A DNA stretch of 64,000 nucleotides from Macrostomum hystrix (Eukaryota; Animalia; Platyhelminthes): assembly GCA_950097015.1 (NCBI GenBank), contig CATNEN010000007.1, positions 10,292,001 to 10,356,000 on the forward strand, read 5' to 3'. Position 1 is the stretch's first letter, and every line of letters begins with the position of its first letter. Below the pieces are notes generated by a model. It was not told the origin of the DNA. It saw nothing but the letters and a program-made list of their open reading frames with translations, and did not search any database. The translations under genes were made by a program, and so were the position numbers. Of the stretch, positions 49,116 through 62,100 are shown in pieces.

Positions 49116-50155
49116 GCACCCAACATTGCCTATAGGGTAGGGCCAGGGGTAGCTAGCTAGTAATTGTCAGTAAGACTCAAATAAAAAAGAATTGGGAAGT
49201 CAACTAAGTCTCAAAAAATACATAATTCAGGATATAAAAAAATTTATAATAAAACATATAATATGTTTATATTAAAAGTATTATAAAAATAATATAATGT
49301 AACTCAAATAAAATATTACTTTTATTCCATTTTTGATTTAGATTAAAATAGTTATTTATACTACCTCCACAGATAAAAATAGGCACTGAGCACATGGTAT
49401 TATGTATAAATTTGCATTTTCTAGCAAAAAATATAGCAAACGAATTTTGCTAGTCATTTTATTCAAAACCAGCAATTAAAACACACTCGGGATTACTTGC
49501 AACACAAATGTACTGATTTTTATACAATCTCTGGGGAACTAAAATGTTCTGCTTGCTTGATCATATTTATTTGAGTGATTAGCCACTGTTACAAGTAATA
49601 ATCGATGATGGATATAGATCTATCAGAATAATTTAGAGTGAGCTTTAGATATCAGGTCGGTTAGTCGTTAGTCAGACATTATTAAAAACAAAGAAACGCA
49701 TTATTATAACAAAGTAAATAAATATTCTAAATTATTAATTTATGCCTTTTTGCTTAGATCTATCTATGACATAGTGCAGAAAACTTTAACACATACTTTG
49801 TACACTCAAAATATATGATTTAATTGGCACTAAAATTAGTGTCAGCGTTTTAAACAAACATATTGCTAAAGTGCGCACCCTACAGCATTAATAGCCACTG
49901 TTTCAGCGCTTAAACGAGTTAATTGTACTACAAGCAAAAGATAGGCATATGCCTAATGAAACTATAGATCTTTTTTTGTTTACAATAACAGCATATTTAA
50001 AATCGGAAGAATTTTTCTTTTATTTTAATGTATAAACTTTGTTGGTTTTCGGCATTAAGAATTTAAGCCTACCTTCCTTTATACCATACAAAACTTCTAA
50101 AAGTTCACTGTTGGTGGTTGGTTTTATTTGTACTTTTAAGAAGTAATTTCCTATA

Positions 50156-51895
50156 ATGGATAATAGCGCTGAGAATAATTTGTCCAATGGCACCGACAAT
50201 GCAGGCGCTAATTCCTCTCCACGCTTCACCCCTCCCATTAAAAGCGATCAGCTGCCTGCTGGAAAAAAACTTACGAAGGATCTCGTGCTATCAAAATCAA
50301 AAGGAGGAAGCCTTATAGAAATAAAAAAGATTGTTGTTTGGTAAGTATTGGTTTCTATTTTTTCTTGAGATTGTTTTCAGGTAGAATAAGAATAGTAAAT
50401 GATATTTTCTGCAATACAATAAGCTAGAAAACTTGTTTAAGTTCTTAAAAAGAACATTTTCTCACTGTTCTTAGTGCTTATTATGATATTTGAAGCCTAT
50501 ACTATTTCTCATTTTATCAAGTACACATAACCAGGAATTTTTGGGGAGGGGTATAAAGATTTTGTTTCAATCACTGTTGAAACAAACAGTGATTGAACAA
50601 AGGGCAATTTGTTTTCGCCCTTAACCCTGACTTTGATGCTTGAGTTCATTCACTCTAATGACATTTAAAGGGGAAAATGATAAATGGCCTACAGGGGGTG
50701 TATCCCCCAATCCCCCCCCTTGGCTATGTCACTGAGTACAGCTGGGTTTCCCAATTCATACTTATAATTAATAAAATTTTACCATCAAAATATACATTTT
50801 ACCTATGATAATGCCTTACAGGGGACAGAAGATTACTGACTGCAGTATTGTTACAGAAATACCAGAACTTGAGGTGGCCTCAATGAAGTAAGTTTTTGTG
50901 AAGAACATATTTGTAAACTTTAGGAGTCTGTCATAAATTAACTAAAATGAATGTGTACATGTTATACTTGCATGTTAGCTGAAAATCTAATTCATCTCTG
51001 CTTTAGTGCAAACAAGATTACTAGCCTGGAGCACTTTGGCCAGTGCCCAAACCTCCGGGAACTGTTTCTGAGAAACAATTGCATTGAAGCTTTGCAAGAA
51101 ATCTACCACCTAAAGGATCTTCCAAATCTTCAAGTTCTGTGGCTAGCTGGCAACCCTTGCACAAAGCACCCGAAATATAGGAGCACTGTGATCAGGAACC
51201 TTGAACAACTGCAGAAACTTGATGATGCAGGTGAGTGCAACTATCATTCACTATAGTTGATAAAGTGTCCGAGATGTTTTACTCAATGAGTTGATTGTCT
51301 TTTCATAGAAATCAGCTCTACTGAGCGGGCCAACAGTGACACAGAAGGCTTGCTATTCGAAGAGCCACTCAGCCGACCTTCCATTATTTCTCCTGCTGAT
51401 GGTGCCGAAGCTTCCGCGGAAGACGCCCTGCCTATTGACCTGGCCGAGCGGATGCGGCCCGCTGAAGACATCAAGCCACATGACAGCGCAGCCCAAGCTG
51501 AGACTATAGCGTCACCTCCTGGATCTTCGACAAACAATATTATGACAGCGCCAGCAGCTGAAAATGGCGAGAGGCCTCAGTCCTCTTCCGCCGTGGCATC
51601 AACAGCGCATATTGAGACTCCGACCACTGTGTCCGAGCTACCATCGGTATTGATTGCAGCCTCAGTTTCAACCACTGCCCGTCCTCCTGCTCTGGCAGGC
51701 ACCGCTCCGCTGCCTCGTTACGCCCTGACGGAAGTTCGCACAGCTGTCCTGCGCCTCATCCGGCTTCTGGACCAGGAGAGCCTGGAGCTGGTGATGCACA
51801 CCGTGCGGGCACGGCTGCAAGATGGCGCTGATCACCAGCAGCAACAGACTGGTGGCACTGATATTGCGCAATCATTTTCGCTAGACAATCTTTAG
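50156..51895 (+). CDS. CFAP410: CFAP410/C21orf2-like leucine-rich repeat ciliary protein; exons 50156-50340, 50822-50887, 51007-51230, 51309-51895
   Basis: KLTKDLVLSKSK..KKIVVWGQKITDCSI; CPNLRELFLRNNCI..LKDLPNLQVLWLAGNPC..YRSTVIRNLEQLQKLD; C-terminal VRTAVLRLIRLLDQESLELV; phase-compatible GT-AG introns. Confidence 0.9.
50519..50734. mobile_element. Small degenerate MITE in CFAP410 intron 1
   Basis: Right end CCCCCCCTTGGCTATGTCACTG with degenerate left counterpart AAGTACACATAACCAGG; internal perfect 13-bp stem TTCAATCACTGTT/AACAGTGATTGAA at 50566-50597. Confidence 0.45.
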
Positions 51896-52428
51896 CTTCA
51901 TACGTTGGTTCCATTAAACATCCGACAACCCGCTATTTATTAAGCTCATTTACGCGTAATAGACGCTCATCATTCTTCGCTGGCATATGAGCAGATTCCG
52001 CATAGTTTTACCTGTTATCAATAGTTTTTCTCCAAGAGTATATACGTACATGCACATTAGACTTTTACACAACAAAAAGCACTACTCACGTCGTGTTTTG
52101 AAAAGCTAAATTTGAATTCTTCAAATTGAGGGGTGGACAAACTACCATAGTGCGTCGAAAAAGTTCTTAGACACCCCCTAATATCTGTGCATGTGTTCGA
52201 CCGATTTTGATGAAAAAATACACAATCATAAATTAATATGTAATAAATTCAGCGCTAAAGTTTTAAATTAGTCGGGTGGACAGAAAGAAAGTGATCGATC
52301 ATTTACTAAAGAACCAACGAAATTGGAAATACGATTTTAGCGCAAAACAGAACGTTAAGTTAACGAGCAAACAGTTCAGCTGGCAAGTTCTGGAACTTCA
52401 AAATTTCAGGTTACCAATCGTGAAATCT

Positions 52429-52630
52429 TCAAAAAAAGTCTCCATTCCGTCGAATGCACTTATCATACCGCGTTGGCACCTCCTCGATCCACGCCGACCA
52501 CATGCCCCTAGGAATCGCTCTTATCAGCCCCTCAACAGCCGCTTTCAGCTCTGGGAAGCTGGCGAACCGCTGGCCTCGCAGCTGCGCCTTGACGTGCCCA
52601 AAAAGACCAGATGGTGCCAAATCAGGTGAT
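52429..52630 (-). pseudogene. Mariner-type transposase C-terminal remnant
   Basis: PDLAPS.LFGHVKAQLRGQRF..ELK...RYDKCIRRNGDFF resembles the mariner (YS)PDLAPSD..LF..LK..L.G.RF...R..KC....G.YFE tail; the rest is missing. Confidence 0.75.
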
Positions 52631-53741
52631 TAAGGTGGATGCGACCACTGCTGGAATCCGAGGCTGGCGATGTGAGAGCGACTGAGGGCTGCCGAGTGCG
52701 GCCGGGCATTGTCGCAGTGTAGCAGGACACCTTTGCAGAGTTTAACATTTCTAAAATCCTTTCTGCAAGTAGGCTACAATCTATCCCGACCCAAACTCTT
52801 GTTAACGCATCATGCACTGAGCATTGCTCCAAGCCTGCAACTTGTATTATTTATTAGCAATAGAGAAGGTCTGAAATTAATTTTTACATTCCCGAAAGAC
52901 CGAACATGAATAGATTTTTTGTGTCGCCCGTTTGTATTATCATAATTGCTGTTCGTATTAAATAATCAACAAAATCGCGGGCCACGGCCTAGACTACTGA
53001 ACTGATTTCTTGCTTAGGGTAAGAGATAGTTAAGTGTACTTTATGTATGCCTATGTTACTATTTAGAGCTCTTTATGAATGAATGCAGTGCTTTAATCAC
53101 AGTTTCACACACAAGCATAGTTAATTTTCCGCAACTTGAGTTGCTACATAGAATAGAAGGACTATGAAGGACTAGGAAATCAGAAACATTCAAATGTAAT
53201 AAACCAATGTGGTTATTTACAACTCTCACAAAAATATTTAACGCCGTTAAAAATAACGGCACAAACTATGCAATGTTTATTTGTCTTTTGCAGACTTTCA
53301 AATAGTGCATAGTGCCAACATGGACATTCATAAAATATAAATTCTGTATACGCTAGCAACGCCACTAAACAGATATGAAAGCTGGAACTACACAGCTAGA
53401 TAAAATAACACATTGGTCGGGGTGTTTTCAGCGGAAGCGTTGAAATGAACTCCACTTTGCTTGTATTTATGGGGAGCTTCGAGCTTGTAGCCCAGTGGTC
53501 GGAGCTTCAGCCCAGAACTGCACAAGGTACGCAGTTTGCGTCTTGTGTTAACAGAACCACCGAATCAGTCAGATCCAGATAAGCACAGTTCAACAGAACA
53601 TACAGCATAAGCAGCAAGTCCTGTTGGACACAACTATGCAATAAGACAAGGCAGCGGCTCAGGGTTATGTACAGCGGCAGGAGAAAATGCAGGGAAAACG
53701 AATAGCCAAAATAGCAGCAGGCCAGGCGCACCGATTTCAAT

Positions 53742-55118
53742 CTAGAATCGCTTGCTGCTCGAAACACCGCCGCGGCCAACGGGCCAGCGCCGAGCGGACT
53801 CGTAGGACTGGGAGGCCGCTGGTGGCTCGCAGGGGACGACTAGCCGGGCATTGTGCTCGCGCGATGTCATGTGCGCAGACAGGGCAGTCTGACAGTCAAA
53901 TACCATCTTGCACAGGCTGCACTTAAAGGGCCAGTCATACTGCTGTGCGTGGTGGGCAGTTGTTACGGCTGCCTTGGTGGGTGCTACGAACATCGCGCCG
54001 CCTTGCAGTCTTGCCCGATCGGCCAGAGCGGTCTGATGCTTCATGCCAGCCAGATGGTCGTCCATCGAGTCCTGCGTGTTGGTGAACACCTCGCACACTT
54101 CGCAGTAGAAAACTTTTCTCTGGACATTGAGCGTCTCGGCCACGCGCTGCTCATTAGCCGCGTTGTTTTTGTGCTTCTTGCCCGAATAGTGCTGCATCAT
54201 CTGGAAGGAGTTGGTGAAGGTCACATCGCACAGCTTGCAGTAGTGCTGATCCAGGCCGCCGGACACCTGCGCTACGGATTGATCCACGTTGAGCACACCG
54301 GAGCGGTACTCGCCGGCAGGCAGTCCGTTGTCACGCAGCAGTTTCTGGTGCATCTTGCCATTGTAGTGCGCCTCGGCGCTAACGATGGAGTTGACGCTGG
54401 CCACGCACAGGGCGCACTGCTGATTGAGCACCATCTGCTTAAAGTTCTCTGGCGCGTCCTCCGGTACACGAAAACTTTTTCGGCTTAGGCGCGGCCCCTC
54501 GGAGCGGCTAACTTTGGCAATCGGGGGTGCAAATGAAGCACCAGACGAGCCCGCATGTGGCCGCTTGAAGCCGCCCCGCTGCTGGCTCTGCACACTGGAG
54601 CTCCAGCCACCCTGCGCTGGTTGGCTAGACAAGCGCGAGAACTGCGCCGCTGGAGTCTCAGACTGATGCTGCTGAGGATTGAAGTGCGTTGCTGCATCTG
54701 GCCTGGCCTTGGGCTGGAACTGGAAGTTGCCTCGGACACCGCTACGACTGCTGCCGCCATAGCCACTATTGAATCCTTGGCTGCAATCTCGGCTACCACC
54801 ACGACCGCGGCTTTGATCAAATCTTTGACCGCTATATTGGTCGCCCAAGCCTGCACCCCAACCTCCAGCTGTAGCATCACTGTCTTGCGGACTGATATTG
54901 GAAAAACCACCAATTGCAGTGCTTAGGTTCCAACGAGTCTTCTGCTGCTGCTGAGGCTGAGATCTGGGTACATTGAGAGACATCAGAGACTGCATATGTA
55001 TACTGTGCTGCGCCTGCTGGCTAGGCAGGTATGGCTGGGGCATATTGCCAGTCTGGAAGTTTTGGTATTGGAAGTAGCTGCTGCCATTATATGCATTGTC
55101 AGCAGAGTAATCAGTCAT
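53742..55118 (-). CDS. Matrin/U1-type zinc-finger RNA-binding protein (ZNF346/ZNF385/ZMAT-like), four fingers, Q/G/S/R-rich N-terminus
   Basis: CALC..AEAHYNGKMH, CKLC..QHYSGKKH, CEVC..HLAGMKH, CSLC..HMTSREH; acceptor TTTCAG near 55148 upstream of the ATG; probable upstream donor AAG|GTATGT near 58422. Confidence 0.88.
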   Translation of the reverse strand: MTDYSADNAYNGSSYFQYQNFQTGNMPQPYLPSQQAQHSIHMQSLMSLNVPRSQPQQQQKTRWNLSTAIGGFSNISPQDSDATAGGWGAGLGDQYSGQRFDQSRGRGGSRDCSQGFNSGYGGSSRSGVRGNFQFQPKARPDAATHFNPQQHQSETPAAQFSRLSSQPAQGGWSSSVQSQQRGGFKRPHAGSSGASFAPPIAKVSRSEGPRLSRKSFRVPEDAPENFKQMVLNQQCALCVASVNSIVSAEAHYNGKMHQKLLRDNGLPAGEYRSGVLNVDQSVAQVSGGLDQHYCKLCDVTFTNSFQMMQHYSGKKHKNNAANEQRVAETLNVQRKVFYCEVCEVFTNTQDSMDDHLAGMKHQTALADRARLQGGAMFVAPTKAAVTTAHHAQQYDWPFKCSLCKMVFDCQTALSAHMTSREHNARLVVPCEPPAASQSYESARRWPVGRGGVSSSKRF

Positions 55119-55733
55119 GACAACTGGGTAGGGGCAGAGCTGTTGATCTGAAATAAAGAAAATCAGTCAAATGTATTACTGTCTTTAAGCAACAGATTTG
55201 TTTGGACATTATTTAATATAGCTCTCAGTTGTTAATAGTTTCCTCACTAAATGTTCAGCAGAACGAAAGTAAGTAACATCATTGATGAGCAGTTACATTG
55301 ATGAGAAGTTACATGAAGATAGAAATACTTCAATATATATAAAAATAAGACAAAATGCTTAGTCATTCCTCAGTTATAAGTGTTCTCTTCAAAGAAGGTT
55401 CAGTAGAACGAAAGTTGATAACATCATAGGATTTAGACAAGCTACTTTCGAAGTTTAAATAATATATAGTCCATAGCAAACAAGCCATATTGACTATAAA
55501 GAAATGTGGTTGCTAGTCTTATTAAAAGTAAAAATAGAATTTAAAAAATATTTTTATTTAGGCATTGTAACCCAAAATACTTGCATATTTATTCCTCAGT
55601 TATATGTATTCTCTTCAAAGAAGGTTCAGTAGAACGAAAGTTAATAACATCATAGGATATAGTTAGGCAAGCTACTTTCAATAGTAGACAGTCAATAGCA
55701 GCAAGTCATATTGACTGTTGCTAAAAAACAAAA

Positions 55734-56340
55734 GGCAATGCTGCACTTTGTTTCACATAATTATTTTTACTTTTGAATATGCAACAACGTGTCATGGAGG
55801 GTTCAAATTCGAGCTGACTTGCCATCCTAAAAGGCCATAGACACTTTTGGCCAGACAATGGTTCCTATAATACAGCACCACGTTCTGCCTGGAACTTGGA
55901 TCCTCACAGATGGCTGGCTGGCGTATGCTGCCCTCCAGAACCATGCTGTTGTCAACCACCATCTGTACCTTATCAACCCTCAGGATGCAACGGTTTATAC
56001 AAACACAATTGAAAGTATGTGGGCACATGCTAAGCACAAATTCAGATTGATGCATGGCACATCGAATGCTCTCTTTGAAAGTCATATCAAAGAGTTCCTC
56101 TGGCATTGCATATACCCTACCAACGTCTTTGGTGCAGTGCTATATTCGATTGCCCATTACTATCCCCTGTGAGGATTTGAGTTCTGAGACTTGCTTTGAG
56201 CAACTTTTGAGGATTTAGTGACTAAAGGAGCATCATTATAGTCCTGTTAATGTTCATTTGTTTGATTGTTCATGACTTTTTGACACGTTGGCGCATATTC
56301 AAAAGTAAAAATAATTATGTGAAAAAACTGCAACATAGCC
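55734..56340 (+). mobile_element. Internally deleted Merlin (IS1595/ISXO2-like) DNA transposon
   Basis: About 60-bp TIRs starting GGC (55734-55794, 56281-56340); 8-bp TSD AAACAAAA; transposase tail HVLPGTWILTDGWLAY..H..VNH...TNTIESMW...HIKEFLW at 55858-56172. Confidence 0.9.
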
Positions 56341-56500
56341 AAACAAAATGCATATTGCCTTTTTTTAAAAAAAATCATAGAAATACTTTAATACTAGGTA
56401 ATAATAAGATTAAATGCTTGCATAGTCATTCCTCAGTTACGAGTGTTCTCTTCAAAGAAGGTTCAGTAGAACGAAAGTTAATAGCATCATAGGATATAGG

Positions 56501-57671
56501 GATTCCATGCATTTTGGTGACAGGGCTTTTCGGTACAGTGCATTTCGGTACCAGTCAGTGCTTTTCGGTACCGCTGAATTATAGTAGTAGTTTTAGTGGT
56601 AGTAGTAGATATTTTGGCACAGGTAAACAACCTGCTAAGCCAAAATGATACAATAATTTTGATTGATGCAATACTAGAAAAATGGAACGGTGCAAATGAT
56701 AGTAGTGTCTCTAAAAATAAGCACAATAGGAACAAATAATGGGAGCTGATCACAGAACAAAATTAGATTTGTTTTCCCGCTTGATCGCTGTCTGCGACTA
56801 TATTCGCAGTACCTGGTTGTCAGCAGACAGTTTCTGGACTGCAGAAGACATCAGCGTATTCGGCCGGGCCATTTGTTCCAACAATGACGTCGAAGGGTAC
56901 CACCGACGATTGAATGCCAAAGCTGGGCGCAGCACTCTACAGTTTTACGTTCTGCTAAAACTGCTCTCCTCTGAAGCGAGCACAATACCAATGAATGCGC
57001 AGCTCGTCTCGAGGGGGGGCCTGCGACGCAGGCAGCGCGTTGCTTACCGCACAATGCAGGCTAACATACATAATGCCTGGGGACAGTTTTCTGAGGGCCT
57101 TCTGACTGTCAACCAGCTGCTGGCTACTTGCAGCCGCTTTGTCGGAAAATAACTGATACACGTCTGGCGGTTGCCTGGATCTTCTTAGTTCCAGATCTTG
57201 TCTGGATGTATTTTAGCAATGACCTTTATAGGTGCATCTATCCCTATCATTTTATTGTTTTCTCTATAGAACTTCGTCCACAGATATTGCTAATCAACTT
57301 GACTTTGACGCGTACAACTTTGTGCAACTTTGTGCATGGACAATTGACAATTTAATTGGCATTGAGTGTCGTTACTAAACAGGAAAATCTTGTAACTGTA
57401 TATGTACTGGAATGTTGCAGTACATTGTATTTCAGCAATGTCTATTTGTCATTCTCGTTAAAATATTAAAATATTCTCATTAAAATATACCGTTAAAATA
57501 CGTATTCACACGAATACAAACAGGGGAGCTAGTATAGTCTTTACTCTTTAATGCTTGACTATTTAAGGCACCGTTCGAAAAGCAGGTACCGAAATGCACT
57601 GTACCAAAAATTAAGTCACCGAAAAGCACTGACTGGTACCGAAAAGCCCTGTCACCGAAATGCCTGGCACC
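56501..57671 (+). mobile_element. Internally deleted Mutator-like (MULE) DNA transposon
   Basis: TIRs with reiterated TTTCGGTAC motifs; degenerate 9-10 bp TSD AGGATATAGG/TGGATGTAGG; transposase tail DYIRSTWL..W...SVF..SNNDVEGYHRRLN at 56739-57152. Confidence 0.82.
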
Positions 57672-59177
57672 TGGATGTAGGTAGGCAAGCTGTTTTGCAA
57701 TTTAATAGATTGCTTATAGCAAGTAAGTCATATTGACTCTTAGGCCTATTATCTAAAAAGAAAGTGTATACTGTACTGGTCTAGTAAAGTAGTTATACTT
57801 TCTCAAAAAAATGTTACATTACATAATACTTAGCCTAAATGCTTGCAGTAATAGGCTATTTTTATATTGCCTAACAAAATATGAAAAGGACTGTCATCTG
57901 TCAACCATTTTTTCGATACAACTTTTAGATTCACCTAGCTATCCATATTAAAATCACTTACTTATTATAGGGAAATGGCTGCTATGTGATAGGGCCTAGC
58001 TCTACAATAATAAAAAGACATACGCAAGGGTTGCCAATGAAAATTGCTAGATGATTCCTGATCTTCCATTAATACTCGGATGTCCGATTTCACGAAACAA
58101 CAGACAAATAATCGGGCTTTCAGTGTACATAAACAATCTATGGCCTTAACAAAGTCCACGCCTTAACCATTAAGTAGAGGCAATTAATAAAACAATTCTG
58201 ATAATTCAGACAGTAAAACTAAATAATAATGAATAATCAGGCCTTGGTTGATAAGTCGGATCGGTCTTCCTGAAAAATATAAACGAACCGTGCGTACTTT
58301 TTAAAAAGCTAGTACTAAAACAAAATAGACAAATAATTAAAAAATCCATTAACAAAGTAGACGGAATTTAATTAACTTTTTCTATTAAAAGAAAACAAGA
58401 GTAAGAATAGCAATCTACATACCTTAGCGTTACATGTACTGATTTCACTGATGTACACATACACAGTTTGAAAGTGTTTGCGTTGTTTTATTTCTTTTTT
58501 CAAATGCCAATACTTTCAACAAACAAGCTTGTGAAACTCCACGACGACGCATGCCAATACTAGACTCTGACTCAAAGTTTCCGAGATTAAGGTGAGGATA
58601 ATCTATAAACGTATTCTTTTGTAGCAAATCAGAAGCTTGTCGTTTGCTGGGGCCAAAAGTAAGTAGAGCTAGAGCCGACGTAATAAATCGTAACTAATAA
58701 GAATATTAGTATAGTATTCTTATTTATAATAAGAAACATAAAATGCTAATCCCCATAACCACGCCCAAAAGTTACAGAAAGTATTTTAACAAAAAATGGT
58801 TCCCTTTTAATTTGTTCAATCACATGGCAACTTGGAAGATTGGGAGAAGCTTTGGGATATCCAGTATGGGATTTAAAATGGGATTACAAAGAGTTTAGTT
58901 TAAAGCGATTAAAAAAGGTTTTATGAGTATGTAGACACTTTGGAACTGAACTGCAGGCTTTAATTGACATACTTTTACTAATTTAAGCTTTCTCACAAAC
59001 ACAAGCAGCAACACAAAACAAGGACAACTAAAATTGAAACTTCAGTATAATTTAACTTTACATATTTTGTTGTCCTTGACACAAAATCCGCAGATTATGT
59101 GTTATTCGCACATAATTATGTTAGTTGTGCATAATTGAATGCGTTATCTCGCGAATGAAACCGTAGAAGGACTCGCC

Positions 59178-62100
59178 ATGTCTCGAATTGGCGTCCAGCC
59201 GACCGAGAGCCTGCAGCTGCCCAATTTCGGCCCAGTTACTGGGCGCAACCGAACTGATCTGCTCAACAGCACTAACAGTTTCGCCAACCAGATGACCTGG
59301 GACACGGCACGCACAGAAGAAGTCGACACAGCAGGAATTGAGGAGCTTTCAACAGCTCGCTTCAATCGAGTTCGAACTCAAAAGAAACGAGAGGCGAGTG
59401 CAATTGTTTAAACCCTCGTTTGAAGGCGTTTTTTGCTTTTGAAATGACATTTTAGACCAAAATGCTCACCATATTTTATAAGCATGTGCCCACATCTAAC
59501 CGCTACAGGAGCAGCTGGTTGAACAGCAGCGCAGTCTGAAGCAATTCATCCTGGCCAATTTCAAGCGCAAAGAGTGCACCCTGTTTGAGGCGAGGGACGG
59601 TAAAAAATGCGCATGTGGCGAGGAGGAAGGCAATCATGAGGGCCTTCTACCTGCCGGCGCGCAGGTGAGCGACTGGACCAGACTTTAGAGCCGCTTTGTG
59701 TTTATAGAAGACATTTATTTGACCTTCTAAAAGAAGCCTAGGAAATCTGTGTCTCCTGTAATAAAATTTGTAGATAAATTTAGGAAATAAGTCACTTTAG
59801 ATACCAATCTTAATCTGAGTCATTGAATACACTTGTAGTCTGATAAAATATATAATAGCAAATTTCACTTTGAACTGGTCCGCAGACAAAATGGACCGAG
59901 GAAGCGATGAAACTCAGCACGACCAACGCGTTCGGCCGAATCACCTTGAAGAACGAGGGCTTCGACAATCGAGACCCGATTCACTTTGTGCGACTCTGCG
60001 ACACGGATGGGATGGACAAGATTTTGGGTGAGGCATCGCGACGTTTAACCCGCAAGCCAACGACCATGTTTAATTCGTCTAAAATGCTGATTTTGTATAT
60101 TATAAATATATTCGCTTCGAAAGATTATTAACAGTAGGACTACCAAGCCATTTTGCTGCCCGTTTTTATACCATGGGGGGACCTGAATTTTTTGGCAGCG
60201 CCCGAATGCTAACAGCGTTGTCTGGTGACTGATCGATTGGTTGAAAGACTAGGCGAGGGTGTCCTGAGGTTGCGCTGTGCCTAATATTTAGGATTTATCT
60301 GTGAAATTAGAGAAATTCGCGTCATGGTGTCTATAGTGGCCTAGTTCCATCTGTTGTAGCCCTTGAAGGTCTAGCAAATCCGTCTAGATAAAGGTAGTTG
60401 ACGACCGAAGACAAAGAGATGATGCAAGCACATCCGGGTGACATGCTGATAAACTTTGAGGGCCTGGCAAGGCCGCACTGAGGCGCAGTGCTAATTCGTG
60501 TATAGGGGGTATATGAAATACACTAGCGCTTATGGGAAAAACCCGACCTTCGGCCAGAAGCATTAAATATCTCGATAGCTGAAGAGCTGGCGACTTGATT
60601 ATTGTTTCAGAAGATGCGCATCAAAAAGTTGCTCTTGAGTGTGCTTGCGTTGCTCCGTTCGGGTGGTGCAAAAATTTTCAGGGGTGAAATCCCCTTTGGT
60701 AGTTCTACTGTTAATAACAGAACTGAATCTCCCTCCCGCCCACGCAGAGCTGATGAAGACTCACTGGCAGCTTGCCGATCCACAGAAACCCTCGCTCTGC
60801 ATCTCAGTGATTGGCGGCGCCAAAAATTTTAAACTCGAGGGCCGCAAGAAGGACGTCTTCCACCACGGCCTCATCCGGGCGGCACAGACCACCAACGCCT
60901 GGATCATCACCTCCGGCCTCAACTTGGGCATCACCCGCGTGGTCGGCAACGCGCTCGAGGAGGGCCGCGCCTCGCATTGGGAGAAGTCTAGCAGGTCCTC
61001 TAAACTCAGGTGAGAAAAAAGTGATTCAAGTAGATAGATAACTATGACAAGGAAGTTCGCAAGACTTCGGAGAAACCACACTTTGCATAGGTGCATCGGC
61101 GTGGCTCCATGGGGCTATGTGCTGAACCGGAAAGACCTCGTCAACAAGGTCGACCCACCCACGGGCGCAATAAACCTGGATGTTGAATACAAAATCAGCA
61201 ACGTGATCAGCAAGGGCCAGCCAGTTTCTCTAAATGCGAATCACACACACTACCTTCTTGTGGACGACGGCAAGCGAAACCGGTAAGATCAGCCGGAAAT
61301 CTTCATATGCAGTCGTCGAAGCCTAAGCTCTGTCCTCTAACTCGCTCTTCGTTTACGAATCCGCAGCTATGGCGGCTCCAAGAGCGGTGTTGTGAAGGCA
61401 AAACTGCAGGAGGAGATCAACAAGACGGAGGGCATCTCAGTGGTGCTGCTGATCGTTGAAGGCGGCCTGGACATCTTCGAGGAGACGTTGAGCATGATCA
61501 ACTGTAACATCCCAGTTGTTGTCTGCGACAACACGGGCAGAGCTGCTGACATAATCGCGTACGCCTTCAAGAAGGTGCAGAAGGCCGACGGGAAGGTTGG
61601 TTCCACACTTGATAATTTCTGTTGACTGCACAATCGTAAATCCACACTCATCTGTCTAAACCGCATTTGGTGCCTGCATTTTCTCAGACCCTGCAGGAGA
61701 ATCAGCAAGCTGACGTTCGCGAACGCATGATCAGTGCATTCAAAGAGACTTTATGGGACCCGAAGGCTGACAGGGTTCTGGACAAAAAAGTTGATGACAA
61801 CATGAAGATGCTGCTGAAGATAGTCCAAACAGAGAAGCTTATCACCGTGTTTGACATGAACCGCAGCGACGACCTGGACTTGGCGATCCTGTCAGCCCTG
61901 CTCAAAGGTACAGTTCAGTGACTCTTTTGAATTAATGTGATGAAGATTTATCTATGGATTTTAGCGTGGTTGATTACGCCCGATAAACAAATAAAATCGT
62001 GCACCTCTGCCAGTGATGGATGCCAAGAAGCTGGACGACTACAAGAAGCAGTTGCAGCTGTCCATGACTTGGAACCGGCCTGACATTGCAGCCGAGAAGA

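Larger units (their letters stand above)
55255..57740. repeat. Tandem triplication of an about 225-bp AT-rich unit interrupted by two DNA transposons
   Basis: ATTCCTCAGTTA...TTCTCTTCAAAGAAGGTTCAGTAGAACGAAAGTT..CATCATAGGAT at about 55365, 55591 and 56428. Confidence 0.85.
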
